From the NCBI GenBank assembly GCA_965112155.1, contig OZ218100.1: a stretch of 64,000 nt of DNA. One strand, 5' to 3'. This document shows, in pieces, positions 13,801 to 28,800 of the stretch. This DNA comes from Podarcis liolepis (Eukaryota). Each line of letters starts with the position of its first letter. Positions within the stretch are counted from its first letter, which is position 1. The position numbers and the translations under genes were made by a program. The notes beneath the pieces were generated by a model. It was not told where the DNA came from and made no database searches. It was given only the letters and a program-made list of their open reading frames with translations.

Positions 13801-16800
13801 ACTAATAAAAAGAAATTAAAAAAATAAATAAATGTTGAGGTCTATGTCAGTGTTTCCCAAACTTAGGTCTCCAGCTGTTTTTGGACTACAACTCCCACCA
13901 TCCCTAACTAGCAAGACCAAAGACCAGGGATGATGGAAATTGTAGCCAAAAACAGCTGGAGACCCAAGTTTGGGAAACACTGGTCTGCACCTTTAGGCAC
14001 CTCATATCACAGTGTATAGTCTATACTTGCTGGACTGGGGCAAGGGACCTTTTTCAACTAGAGGACTACATTCCCCTGTGGGCAACCTTCCAAGGGCTGA
14101 ATGTCAGTGGTGGGTGGGGCCAGAGGATGTCACTCTTTTGTGCAGCAAGCTTTTTTCCAGCCAGTGCCAGATTTACGTAGAAGCTAAACAAGCTATAGCT
14201 TAGGGCCCCACTCTCTTGGGGGCCCCAAAAAAATTTAAAGGAAAAAAAACTGGATGTACATTTCCAAAATATGAGACGAAAAAACAAATAAAATAAAACC
14301 TACATTACAGCAACAGTGTTTGTGTTGTGTAGGCTCCTATGATGTAATTAGGTCCTGTTATGGAAAAATCTGGGTGCGGGGCTACTCTGCCACCCAGCTC
14401 GTCGGACTAGGTCCGCGGGTCCCTGCGGAAGAAAATGAGCTCAGCCGGACAGGAGCAAACTGCAGAAGATCCAAGTTTATTATTGCGCAACAGGTTCAAG
14501 GCGAGATTGAACAGCGAGAAAGGGGTGACATGAACTTTTGAAATTTCCCTCCATGTCCCAGAATACAGTGCAAAATACATCCCAGTTACATCATGAGTAC
14601 ATTAAGAAGAGGTTGGGTTACACAGATTACATCACGAATACATTAGGAAGAGGTTGGGTTACACCGGATTAACATATGGAGGAGGGAGGGGGGAATATGC
14701 AGAGCTGGAGATATGCGCAGATAAGCACATCCTGAGAAGACAATGGTCCATGTATGCATAGTCTGTCACCTGGCATCGCCCAGAGGAAGGGCTTGGCAGA
14801 GCGATTCGACCTGATTAGGGTCTTGACACCTTGCTTGAGGGATTATGGAGGACAGGGGAGGTGTCATGGGGTCCTAGAGAAATTGAGCAAATTGGCACGT
14901 TGATCTTCTATGAATTTTATAGATTTTAGTCCCTTTTGACATTGACAATTGGAAATAAATGGATATATTGTAGCGAAGAAGGAGGTGAAGAAGACATGCC
15001 CCCCCTTTCCATATCAGGTCCATAAATTACCATATAGCATATAGTCAACACAAGAAACAGCGACAATTTGTTGTTGACAAAGGACAGCTGGACATATAAA
15101 GGGCCCCATTACCTTCAGTAGCTTAGGGCCTCATCAAACCTAAATCTAGCCCTGTTTCCAGCAATGTAAAACCCAGAGGTTTATCACACTCATCTCTCCA
15201 GCCTTCATCCAGGCAAGCAGGAGGTATCATTACAGTTCAAATATTCCTCTAACCCAGGCAAAAGCACTTAAGAGGCTGTGGAACAAGGTTGGTGGGCTGT
15301 GTGTGGCTTGGGAGAGCCCTTGGAGCCAGATAGAGAGCCTTGGAGAGCCGCATTTTGTTAAGTAGGCATTGTTCTTCCTTAGCTTGCTGGTTTCTGTGGA
15401 AATGCCTGTTGTGCTGTTTTTCCTTTTCGAGGTCACAAAGCATGCCGTGATTCCAGTAATAGCAACTACTCAGCCTGGGCTCATGCATCAGTGGATCGAT
15501 CTGCAGTAATCCTTGACATTTGGACTTGTGAAACAGCTTTCTTAGAAAATAAATGGCAGGTGTATATATATTCCCACATTATTTTTAAAAACCAACCAAT
15601 CTGAGCTCCTGTTTCATTCAATATTTTTTTAAATTAAAATTATTTCTCATCCTTCCAAAGTTGCCTAGAGCTGTCTTTGTGTGTTGGACTATTCAAACCA
15701 ACTATACTTGCAAACAGCGATCATTAGCATTTTTGGAATACAGTATTTTATTATCCCCCTTACCCCAGTCATCTTCTATAGCTCTAATAGCTATAATGGA
15801 TCTGAAAAACTTAAATTAATTGGTTTGGATATTTTCCAGGCCTATCATAATTCAGAGACTAAAAGTGTGAGATGTGACAGAATCCAAGGCAAGTATCAGA
15901 CTAATGTTTCATTGATTTTCAGTGGGCTTACTCTAAGTATCACTTTAATCTGAATGCTCCATTGTTATTAAATGAATATGAAGCTGGTTTTTTAAATTAT
16001 ACTCAGGTTTTTATCATCTGCAATGCAGAACTTGCATTACAAAACATTTTATCTTGAAGCATTTTAACTCTCCTGTTCCACAGCCCATCCAGCCCTTCCT
16101 TTGTGGAAATTAAGGTTCCTCTTTCCCAAAGTCCCACCCCCAGAATGGCTAAGCCACATAAAACATAGCTGACTAAATTAACAAAGGTGAAATAGGGAAA
16201 GTTAACTTTTTTAAAAAAATAGAAATTATCTTTTTTAAATTAAAAAAAACAACCACCTACATATTTTTGCTTTAAATCTATTTTCAGGTTTTGAATAGTT
16301 ACTTCGAAGCATATCAACATGCATTAGATTCAGAAGAAAGATTTGCTTTGGCCCAAGTTGTAACAGACATCATGTACAGACGCCCTCAATTTGATTTCCA
16401 TCTTGGGTATTTTGTGAACATCTATAAAGATGAGTGTGCTTGCCTTGAGCTTCACCTACAGCTGGTGAGAGGTGTACTGAACAAACAGGTTAGTGGACTC
16501 TTTGAGTTATTTATTTATTATTTTTAATCTGTTTTCTTACATTTATATCCCACCTTTTCTGCTACATGAGGCTTGTGTTTTTATTTGTTTGGTTTTTAGA
16601 TAGATAACCAACGTGAATATAACCACAGGATTTGGCGTGATGGTCCCAAAGGTGGCACTTGTGAATTTGGTTTCCCCCCATATATAATTGCAAAACAATT
16701 AATTGCTATTAATAACACCCCGTGAGTAATGTCTGTTTCTCTTTATCATATGATGCAAGTACTGTATTATAAGGGAGCCCATCTTTAACTTGCTCTGTCA

Positions 16801-19800
16801 GAATCTTCCACAAAAGGTCACACTGTTATCCCCTTGAATCAAAGTGATGTTGGTGCAGATAAGCTAATCAAACTGTAGATGAGTAGCTTTGTTTTGTCAG
16901 CTTTCCCACGGACCTACTTTGCACATAATGTTAAGCCAAATGAACAAACGTGGCTTTTCCAAATGAATATTTTATTGACAACATTGCAAAGGGAGGTTTA
17001 CAAAGGGGTTTCAGCTCCCCAACCACACCCCACATTACTCCTTTAAACTATGGAGGTTTGAAGGAGAAGCAGGAAGGACAGCTGGGAGTGCACCTTCCTC
17101 ACCAAACCTCCCATCCCACTCCCCATTGACCTTGCCAAACCTCCCCTTAGACCCCTCCACTGTTGAGGGAAGGTCAAGAACATGAGCAACATAGGGGAGA
17201 AATATTTTCTCACATTTGTCCCCTCCCGACTAGCAATGGTAGCAAATAGCAGCAGGACGGAAAGGAGATACTCTCTCCTTCACTGTCGCCTCTTCGGTGG
17301 CAGCAGCAGGACAAAGAAACAAAGGAGAAAAGGCCTTCCTACCCTTCATCCTGCTGTTGCTGTCACTGCCACTAACAGGAGGAAGGGGTGACAGGTGAGG
17401 TGGGCAGTGGCAGCAGAGTATGCTCCCGTCCTGTCCTGCCTGTTCCTTTGTTGCTAACCCGAGCCAGCCACCCCCCATGCTGCTAACTCACTTGGCTGGT
17501 CAGCCTGCTCTGCCTGCCTGGGCTGCTCACCTACAGTGCAGTTTGCATGGCTCCCCATGATTACATCCTTACGTTGTCATTATATACTAGAATACAGAAT
17601 GATTTATAAATGAAGAATATGTATTTATGCAATTTACATAAAACACTCAGTATGTAAAGGTTTGCATGGAATGTATCAGATTTCAGGTTAGCTTAAACAA
17701 AACTATCATTTGTCCTATTAGGCTCCTTGAAAACAAAAGTAATTTCTTGTAATGTAATGATTCTATCCTTTCATAATGCTTTTTAATTTTGTTTTTGTTT
17801 TTAAAGTTCAGCTTTGAAGAACGTTTATTTGCTTGAGTTCCATCCTTCCCTTGGCCTAGTATCTTTAGTTCCTAAAGCTCTGGGTCATATCCTCCAGGAG
17901 TTCCAGCAAAGCTGTAGGCCAAAGACAGCCAGGGAGGCAATTAATCTGGAAAAACATGTACTTCAACTTGTCCTGGACACATGGCTGACCATGGAACAGC
18001 CAGAGTCTTTCTATGGCTCTCAAATTCAGAAAGATGTACGTATGTCTTCTACATCCTAAATCTGTGGTGATTTTGTCTTGTTTTTAAATATTTCAGGCTA
18101 TGATATACATTCTTACCTGAAAGTAAGTGCCCTTTTATTTAATGGGACTTACTTTCAAGGAGACAAGCATAGGACTCTGCTGTTAGTGATCTCTGTTGCA
18201 GACTCTACACATTCATGTCAGTTAAAATGGACTGATCTGTTGATGGTCTACAAATCTTCTTTCTCTTGTTGACACAGTCAACTAAAAGTTTCAATACAAA
18301 CTTTTAAGGATTTTATGCTTGTGAGCTGGACAAATTCAATGGCACCCTTGTGATCTAAGGTTAAACACTCACGTATTAGCTAGTATTGAACAATAACAGT
18401 TATCAACCCATGTAGGAGCTCAGAGAACCCTTATTGTTCTTCTTTAGCTTCAATGGAATCTTCTAGCTAATCCCTTTCACCAATACACATAGGCATTCTC
18501 TATTTCAGTGTCAATTAAGCTATTATATTTAACAGCCTTAACTTGTCATCTGAACCTGGGCTCGTGGTTTGATAAGACAATTAAGCAACAACATTATTTT
18601 TACTGACTGTTGAAAGGAAGTGTATGTCCCCCATAGTTATTCACAGAAGTTCTGGTTGAAGATCCTTGTCTTGTAAGAGAGATTGCTATGTCAGCACTGA
18701 AATCAGCAGAAGAGGGAAAGCAGAAACAGGGGAAAGAAAAGCAAGCTTTTATTCTGAACATCTTCTCAAGGCTCCTTGAACTTCTAACCCTCCGCCATCG
18801 ATTGATAGAGGCAGCAGTAGAAAGTGCACAGCTGCAGAGGTGAAGTAATGGGCACGTTGGATGGCAATGCAGGGAGCTATCTTGAAATCCCAATGAAGAA
18901 GGATTGAAAGTAATCATTAAGGACTTTTGTGCAGCAAGGTTTTTTCCCCTGCTCTTGGGGTATGTAGGTTAAAATGCATATCCAGTGTGCCATAATATTG
19001 GGACTCTTGTTGACGTTTAGGTCTCTCCTCTCGTCAGTCCCTCCAAACCACCATTTCAGGTATACCGCCTTTATTCCACCAGGATGGGGAACCCCTTTCA
19101 GCCCAAGGGCTGCATTCTCTTCTGGGCAACTGTTTGGGACCCACATGCCATTGGTGGGCAGGGCCAGAGGAATGAATGTGAATTTTACCTTTGTAGAATA
19201 GGCTAGTTTCCACACCCACCCATCCACTCTTCCATCCAGGCAAGGAAGAAGCACGATCAGAGTTCAAGGACACATTCCAGCCAAGCAAAAACAATCAAGG
19301 AGTGTGTAAAGCATAGCAAGTGTGGGTCCTGAGGGTCAGACAGAGATGTCCCCCAGCCCTGAGATTCCCCATCCCTGTTTTATACCCACGGTCAGATTGC
19401 CCATTGTCTCCCACACCTATTGAGACACAGAATGATTCTTAAACTCCATAATCAATAGCGCACAGTTGCTGGTAAACAAAATTTCTGTTTCTAGTAAAGC
19501 AAGAGTTGCCATCAAGGGTGACCCTGACAGTGGCTAAAGAAACATTGCAAAGTTAGATGTATGTGTTCTTTCCCTTTTAGACTCTACAAAGAATTTGCAG
19601 GAGAAATGGGCTTTGATGAGTTCCATTTATACTTAAGGCCCGTGTACTTTGAATTTGCAACTCACAAAGAGAAAGCAGACCAGCCCTCACCAATATTTGT
19701 TACTTCTCTTCTAGAGCATCACGACAGTAGTGTGGATAGGTAAACCAGAGCTTTATGGGTATTTTGGCACATTTTCCCCTTTTTTGATCAGCCCCAAATG

Positions 19801-22800
19801 CAACATATCTAGGTCCAAATGATGTGGAAATAGAACAGCTATTCTTTCTTAAAACTTTCCAAATTGATCTTCTTTCTAAGCATTGTCATAAAGTGTGACT
19901 GGAGCTACTGTTGTTTTAATTCACCCTTTTCAATATTAGTATTTTAAAAATAAAAAGCTAGTATAATTTCACAAAAGAAAAGTGCATATAAGGAGTGAAA
20001 CCAAATCCCCTTCCCCGCCGCCACCAAATTCAATGCAGCTCATCTATTTCAGGGTTTCTGAGGCACCAGTGTTTATTAACACAAACTGCTGAAGGTTTAT
20101 TCCATGAAAGAGACCATAGCTGCCATTCTTCTCCGGTAGTATTTCTTAGAGGCTGGGATGTGGATACTCCATAAACATACAGTTGTATTGGGGGCCAAGT
20201 ATTCTCATTTATAGTTAAGGTCTGATTAACTTTGCCCAGTTAATCATCCAGCCCTCAGTTGTATCATAACACTCTCTCTTAATCTACTCTGCATATTGGT
20301 ACTGTATTCTCAATAGGCCCAGCCCTCCTAGATTTACAAAATTGCAATGACTCTATGTCCCCTGGCTTCTATACAGGGGGGTGGGGGTGGTAGAAGAGTA
20401 CTGTAATTAAACAAATGGCTTTTGCAGTTATTTGTAACCAGTCTCCCATATGAAATTAAAACCAATCACAAACTAGCAGAATGTATGAATTAGCACAAGT
20501 GCATTTCAGAAATTTGCTGTGACTTTCAGAAACAGATTTATTTAAAGCTATACAAAGAAATATGTCACACATCTCCAATGTTTCCCTTGTGAGGCAGTCA
20601 ACACCTCTATTTATTTTAAATATATACTGCTTTTATGTTGGCCAGCATTTGGAAATGTGTCTGATTTTATTTGTCTGTTTGTTTAATTTATATCCCGGCC
20701 TTCCTTCCAAAGAAGCCCACTTTGCAGTGGTATCATTAGAGACATGGGGTTAGATCCTAACTAAGCTTCTGCTGGCAGGAACATCCCATGAGTGGAGTTC
20801 TGTTTACAGGGCACTCCAACTTTCACTGACCCCTTCCCCTTTGCTCTTTGAAAATCTACTCTGGAGGTGCTGGAAGACTCTCTGAAGAAGCATGACAAGC
20901 AGAACCAGGAGCCCTTCGGTTCACAGAAGGGTAGTTAGGATCCAAGTCATGTTCTGTAGATAAGATTAAAAATATTTGTAATAAAAAATGCGAATAAGAA
21001 GCAAGCACAGCACTTTCCCTTTTCATTTATTTACATTTCTACGTTCATGAATGCTTGCATATTAGTTTGTGTAATTTAGAAATATTTACCTCTTGCAGAT
21101 ATATTCCATCCAGCTTAATGTTAAACATCCATGATATTGACAATCAAATTGGAAAATTTAGCTTTCGTACAAGAGACAGCATTCTTCAGGTGACTGAATT
21201 ATTTCCCCCCAGTAATTCTCAATACTGTACAACCACAATGAATACATTTTATTCCTTTCCATCATATATATATATATATTTGTCTTGCACCAGAAGTTAT
21301 TTGAGAACCAGCAGTGTTCTGGGTTGTCATTTTTAATATAACTGTACCCTGACTATCTCAGTCACTGTAAATCAGGTAAGGGGGATCTACACTGTGCGTA
21401 AATTACATTGTAGATGCACCATTTCTAAGTTGAAGTACCTAATTATAGCCATTCAACAAATTTTAAAAAATTAAAGGAACAAACACAATGAAAGATATTT
21501 CAACGTTCCTTTCTGTTTTCCTGGACTTTCCTTCTCATGATTCACCTGGGAATGCACCTGATCTGCAATAGTATGGGGGAGGAAATAAGTATAAAATATG
21601 TATTGAAACAGACATTTAAAAGGTGAAGCTACCTCTTCTTCAACATTTCCTCCAAATATTCTGATGAACTTTATTTCATATTCAACTCCATGTGGCATCC
21701 AATTTTACTATTTAGGGCTGTGAACGCACTAGACATTTAAAGTCCATTTTCATTCCCGTTAAAGAATCCTGGCAACTGTGGTTTACCCTTCACAGCTCTC
21801 AGTATCCTTCGCTACCTTCAGCTCCCAGTATAAAAGTATACTGTATATGCAACCTTACATTGCACTTAATTATGGTTCTAGATCTATGCAGAATAAAATC
21901 CTGTATCTGAATGCAAGTGAAAAGATTTCAGTGCGTCTAAGGATAAGTACATCTATATCAAGAGAAAACTGTGCAACTTCATGTTACGGTTATTTATATG
22001 AGTCCTAATAGTTTTTATCTTAATTCTTCAGCTGTTACTGAAGTCTCATGGACTAGAAAATCTTCAGATTGCTCTTGCCTGCCAAGTCACTCATAAAAAC
22101 ACACTGCTTGTTGCTGTTCAACAGGCTGCATTTTGCCCCATGATGCAGCCCTCGCGGACGCTGGATATGAAGGTTTGCATTTTCTCCCTCTCTCCAACTA
22201 TACATGGAATGCAGTTGTGTAACTTTTTCTTACTTTTTGAAAAGAAAATCACCCACCAGAGGCTACAGTTGGAAGGTGAGTGGGGAAGGTATATGTAACC
22301 CTTTCCCTATAGGCCACTACACTCCTCAGAATCGCCCTGTCAGGTTGTCAAGATCCAAGTTTGGGGCAAGTACTCTTGGGTGAGAATCCAAGCAGAGATT
22401 TAAATCACACAATATGCAGCAAAGCATGGAAGTATAGGCCATTAGACCTTTAAAACATGTCTTTTCAAGTGAGTTCCAAATAGTACCCTATTCACCCAGC
22501 ATAGGAAAAGACCACACATTTAGTAAGTTAACAATTGTTTACTTACGAGCTCTCTAAAGGTCAGGTTCATGTGCTTTTCCATACATCAGTCAGAAATGTT
22601 GCACAGGCAGTAAAATTTGGTTTAGTTCCAAATGGTGAAAGGTCCTAAATTATTGGTATAAGAACTTAAGAGTGGCTTGTGAGAGCCATGCGGTCTGAGC
22701 TGGAGCAACTAGCTCAAACCTCTTTACACGTTGAGTTTTTCAGGTAGACAGAGGGAGGAACAAAGACTTGGTTACCTAGTTCCTCCCAAGGTGAGCTAAT

Positions 22801-25800
22801 CATGGCAGGATAGCTTACTCTATGGTCTTAACCCCTTAATGCATTAATTAGACCAGCAATTTGGTTATATGAGGCGGTTTATCCTACAACAAGAACCATT
22901 AGGTAATGGGCAGTGGTGTAGATCTGTGTAAAAGGAAATGTGTGTCTTTAATGTTTCAGGAAGGAGTTCTAAGTCTGAGGAGTCAGAGCAGTTCAGCAAG
23001 TAGAAGTTCTATGGTTGGAACTGAAACAGAAGACCAGTTTCTGGCCACAGCACCATTGGTTTTACATTCCATTCGACATTTTGCAGCAGGACGCAGCATT
23101 TTAAAAAGGTAGGTTGATAGTATAATGGGCTGCGGGGTGTTTTCCATGTATGTATGCACGCATGTTTCAATGCACACAGCTCTTTCTTTTATTCTCACCC
23201 TAAGGCTACAGGTCTAAGCATTCTTACTAGGATGCAAGAACCACTGATATCTTCATGTTCCTGCCTCTTCCAGCACTTTCAAAGACCGCCATTCCCATAG
23301 CTTATGGCATGCACATATATCCATTGACATGATCCCACTGTGTTGCAGTTTGGCTCAATCCATACAAGCATTCATTTACAATCTCATGGATATTTTTACC
23401 AGCTTTTTTTGCTCTCTCCTTTCTGGCTGGGCAAGGAATGGATGAGAAATTATTTTATGTCCTGCCATTCCTCAAAGGACCTCTATAATACTGTACTGGG
23501 GACACTCTACATGATAGGTCCTGCTCATACTGTTGGAATATGTATACACTTTTAGCTACAGAGGTGGTGTTGGATCACATTACGGGAAATAAGTGTTGTA
23601 TTGTTAGAAAGGAGCCACAGCTGACCGATAGTATTTGCAAAGTCACTATATTTACAATAAGCATGGATTCCTCAGTTAAAATCAGCCTGTTTAATCATGG
23701 CATAAATGCTAAATGTTTATAAAGTGTAGATATGAGGTAAATATTAGTTGTTCAACTATGTAGTTTGCCTATTAACAGGAAAATGTCAGTATTTCTACCT
23801 TCAGGATAACATTATTGCTCATTCTCCAGGCCTCGAGAAGCTTTTGTCTCAATTCAGTTGGAGAAACAGGGTCCACGGGACATGATGCTGAACATGTTCA
23901 TTCAAAAGAAACAAATCCTGGGGACTAGAATGCAAAATCCTGTAAGTGTGCCAGGAAATCATCTCGGAATTTACTTACATTTTGTTGTATGTGTTTTCAG
24001 ACTAACACTTAGGGAACTTTTTGGCTTCAGAATCAGTGCACTCCCGAATGTTTGGGAGTTGTTTAAAAACACACACACAATATTAGAAGCTCAACTGGAG
24101 TGCATTGTGGAAACTCAGCCTAATATAAACCAGCATGCTTTGGCACAAAAAAGGTGGAAGCAGCTAGCAAGGGATGCGAAAAAAGAATTTGAGGACCACA
24201 TTGCTAAATACATCAAGGCCAACAATAAGTTATTTAAATACATTACAGGAAGGTGGCTGGATGACAAGGAAGTCAAAGATGTGCTAAAGGAGGATTAGGA
24301 GATTGCGGAAAAGCTGACTGAATTATTTGCAACTTTCTTTGCAACAGAAAATATAGGGAACATTCTAGTGCTTGAATTAATGTTTGAAAAGGGGAGTCTG
24401 AGAAACTGAGGCAGATAGTAGCGATGAGAGATGAATTTTTAGGCCTGAAAAAGGGCAATCACACACATCAATAGGAAGGAGCAACTTCCCTATGAAGAGA
24501 GGTTGCTGTATTTGACTTTTTGAATACACAACTTTCCATTGATGTGTGTCTTTGTAAGATAATATATATGCATAATTATGTAAAACTGGAAATCGTATGT
24601 AAAAAAGCAAATGGTATAATTTGTTACAGGAGGAAGTTGAAAAAGTCAAAAGAGAAGTTATTGTTGAATACTGCCATAAGTAAGTACACAAAATTTATAC
24701 AGCATATTTCCACTAAAGGCTAGTGGAGCTTGTTTGTATGAATGTATGTAAAAAGTTTATTTTCCTATTCTCACTGCAGGCCGATGTTATATTATATTGG
24801 TACAATGTGGACATTTCAATAATGGGAAGACAAAGCCAAACAGTCTGTCCTTAGATCAGCTAGAAAATAGAAGACAGTAATGTCCAAGCCTATAAGTAAA
24901 AAACAAAAAGCCTGCCAAAATGTAACAAAGCAAAACACAAACAACATAAATAATACTAAAATAATTTCAACAGGGCAAGTTGGAAAGTAAAAGCAATCTA
25001 GTTATGTTTCAGGCAGTTTCTGCAAATAAACTGCCTATATAAGAACAATTGTAATAATCTGGGTCACAGCAGTTGTTAGACAGTCCATTATGTTCTGGGA
25101 AGGGGGAAGAGAGGGAGGGAGGGAAGAAGAGGGAAGGTGAGTCGCGGTTATCAAGATAGGCAACCCTGAATAAAGAGTAGTAGGCCCTGATTCCTCAGGA
25201 GCAAAGGTGTTTTCACCTGGGACATCAATTTTGGATCTTGTAATATTGCTAGAAACAAATTGTGACCCCTGATGCTACATGAATTTTATGTGACTCACCT
25301 GAGGGAACACAAGAAGCCTGTAGTTGGATTGGATACTGATTGCAACAGCCTAAACAGTAAATGCAACCTATTTCCAATTGTGTAAATGTAAGAATCACAC
25401 AGCTGATTTGTATGGAACAATGGAAAATATTTAAAGGTGTCTACATTCAAATGAGTGCTACCATTTATTCTTCACTAACGTTGAAAATACAATGTATTTT
25501 ATACAACACATTTTGTCCATTCATGAGCAAGAGAGCACTAAGAAATTACGAGGTTTCTAATGTGCAAATATTTATAATTTAGATATTTCCTTTACATTTC
25601 AGTGAAAGAAAACAATAAAGCAGGGAAACTGGTTCTTCAGATATGAGCACTATAGTGTTTTGCTAATGCTAAACTTTGGTACCGTTTTAGGATGAACCAT
25701 CGTATATCACAATACTCTCTGCGAAGTCAGATTATTGCTTATTACAACAGTTTAAAATCTATGCTAGATGATTTCCCCAGTGTGAGAGACAAATACTTCA

Positions 25801-28800
25801 TGATTGGGTTACCGCAAGAGAAGAAAGAAAAACAAGAATTAAAAGAAAAGCCTGAAGATGATCCCAGGTATATAAATATGCTAAGCTGCTTGTTTATAGA
25901 GTTCTAAGTCATGTTGTTTTGCTAATTGGGGACAGTGGGATTACTGCTGCTAGCCAATAGTTTCTTTCTTTCTGGCTATTAGATAGATATAATCCCACCA
26001 GAGAAAAAGGCAGAGTATAAAGAAATTAACAACAACCCTGTGAGGTAGGTTAGGCGGAGAGACAGTGACAGGCCCAAGTTTACCGGTAAGCTTCATGGCA
26101 GAATGGGAATTTTAACCTGGCCTCCCCAATTCTAGTTCAGCATTCTAATCACTACATCTGTTTGGAAATGTCAAAGGATATGATGGTAAACTTATAAACA
26201 GAGGGAGAATCATGTGAATAAAGCCTATAAGTGTTATCTTCAAAGTGGGATTAGAAGCCCACCTCCCTTCCCCTGTTAGGCGGAGAGGTAGCTTAGGAGG
26301 CTGCTATTTGGTTTGCTTGTTTTATCATATTTTCCTTTGGAAAACTCGGAGCAGCTTGTGGGGGCCTTCCACTGTTTCTCATCTAGTTACTTTATCAATT
26401 CCACACCACCTCAGTTTCCACACTGCTATTTTTGCCACTGTTGTGTTATCAGCTGCTTGGGAGAAATTTGTGTGAAAAGGCACCACTTAATATAGTAATT
26501 ATAAAATTATGATTATATAGGTTATATTTCTTGTTTTTATATATGCATGTACCACATGCAGCAAACGAGAAACAACTGTATAGTTATTGCGCAAAAATAC
26601 CTGTTGAGTGCCACAGAACATTGGAATGTGATTATGCAAGTAATTCACTTTTCTCCTGTAACAACTCAGGTCATTCCAGACACGACCTCGTGGTTTGCTG
26701 TCCACAGATGGACGGTCCTTCTTGAATCTGTGGTTCATCCCTCACCCTTCTGAAATCCTATCTGTGTTTAAAATGCTACCAGAGAAGGTTCGTACGCTAT
26801 AGTCCTGAAGAAAACTCTTGTCAGTTAGACTTTATAGATCAGGGTGGTCCAACATGCGGCCCTTGATTCCTTTTTTGGTGGCCCCCTAGCAACATTTGGC
26901 GCCCCCCCCCCAATCCTTGCACTGCCTTCCCAAGCTGGGTAAGCGAGGTACTGTGATTTGGGAAGGAGGTGTGAGGGGCGACAGGGTCCTTTCCAAAGCC
27001 TAGTTAGCACTTTTTGAGCATGGGGAGGAAGGTGGGAGGGTTCTAGGACCCTGCCAGAGACTCGTGCTTCTTTCCCAATGCCCTGTGCTGCACTTAGCCA
27101 ACTTTGAGAAGGCAGCAAATTTTGGCCTTGCTCCCCGCCTATTCGCACAACAAGGCAGTGTGCAGCTCGCGGCTTCTGTGTTGAAGTACTCCTGTGGCCC
27201 ACTTGGTATGAAAGGTTGGGCTGCCCTGGTTTAGATTAACCTGGTACTGGTCTCTTTTGTCATGTTGCCATATTGTGCTGCTGTTGAAATATTATTAGAA
27301 GCTACCATGGATTCTGCTGAATAGGCTGGACTAGGGAATATGGGAAGATTTCTGAAAACTGGGAGGAGGACATTTCCATGAATGGGGCGTTCCATTTGCA
27401 GAAGTACCTCCCTCCCTTTTCTCCAGTCCCTTGCACCACAACCTTTACTCCCGAAGCAGCCGACAATTAAAATCCACACAAAGATAAGAGGCTGCATGAG
27501 TCGCAGAGTCACAGGGTTGCAGTGGCAGAGGAGACTTGCCCAGAATCTAGCAGAAGCACCCTGTATGAACAGAGTTGCATGCAATTTGGGCCAATCGCCC
27601 CACCCTTGCAGTGTCCTGTGTAGCCTTTGGATTCAATCCAATGTAATTAGGAGTGTGTGGTTAGGCAAAGATTGCTCTCTTCTGCCCATGGCAATTAGTA
27701 AAACACTTGGTAAAACAATTCAAGTTCTCTCCAGTGGGAGAGAGGATTCCAGGTGGGAATGGGTGACCACCGGCTGTCTAGCAGCCATGGTGGAGACAGC
27801 CTTCTGAACTCCATCAGCTGCCTGAGGCATGGTAACAGTTGTAAGAGGGAGGAACTTAAGACCTTAAAACTGAAAACCCCACTCAGTTCTTGAATATTAG
27901 ATGTTCTATTGCTATATGATGAGATACAAGGGAGGGAGGCAGCTACAAAATTAACCCCTAAGCAAAAACTGATCTGGCCCTCTCCAATGGTAATTCCAAA
28001 ATCTACCACCTCAAGTGGACTGCCTCTTTTGTCTAATGGCAGAACTAACCTTGAAGAAAGCCTATGGGATATTAGTAATATTTTCTGGGATGGATTTTGA
28101 ACAGTTAGTATAGGTAGCAGTCCAGTCTAGAGACTCCCTTGAGGTGTTTTCAGATGAGGCCTCAATATTGCCAATGGGTTGTTGGCAACCATTTCTTTTA
28201 ACTTATTGGATTTCCCCCAGAAATAGGGGGGGGGGGATGATTAAATGGGGGTGGGGGCAAGCTGGTGTTTTGATGTTGATGATGTTGTGTGATGCTGCAG
28301 TGCATGAGAAGCACTGATCCCGGCCCATGCAGAGCTTGCCTAAGGCCCGGGGCAAGAGTCTTGAGTTATAAACTCAAACAAAAAAGCACCTGGTCCCTGG
28401 TGGGGTCTCCCAGCCAGCTTAGCCCTCTGAGGCCCAGGGCAAGTGTACCTGGCTGCCCCCCTCCCCTGTGTGGGCCTGCACTGAGCCCACAATTAACACC
28501 CATTAGATTGCAAATAGCAGCAGCTGCTTTCAGTTTGTGATTGCTAAATGGCTAATTGATTATGACTTGTGTTTAATTTTTGAAAGATTTTTCTCCCTGT
28601 ATTTCCTTCCCTTTTCCATAGACTGGCTTCAGAGCCCTGAGGCAGACACTGCAAATTGTTGCAGCTTTTCACGACATTATTTCCTACATTTTCAGCTTTG
28701 CACAGCTAGGAAATGCAACAGGCTGCCTTGATTATGTGTGTCCTCCTGACCATCTCACTGCAGAATGGGGAGGGACTGAATGGATCGGTTAGTAACAGAT

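Noticed and set aside
22340-22892. Possible additional solo LTR
   Set aside because: Composition is suggestive, but the terminal inverted repeats are weak and no TSD could be verified.
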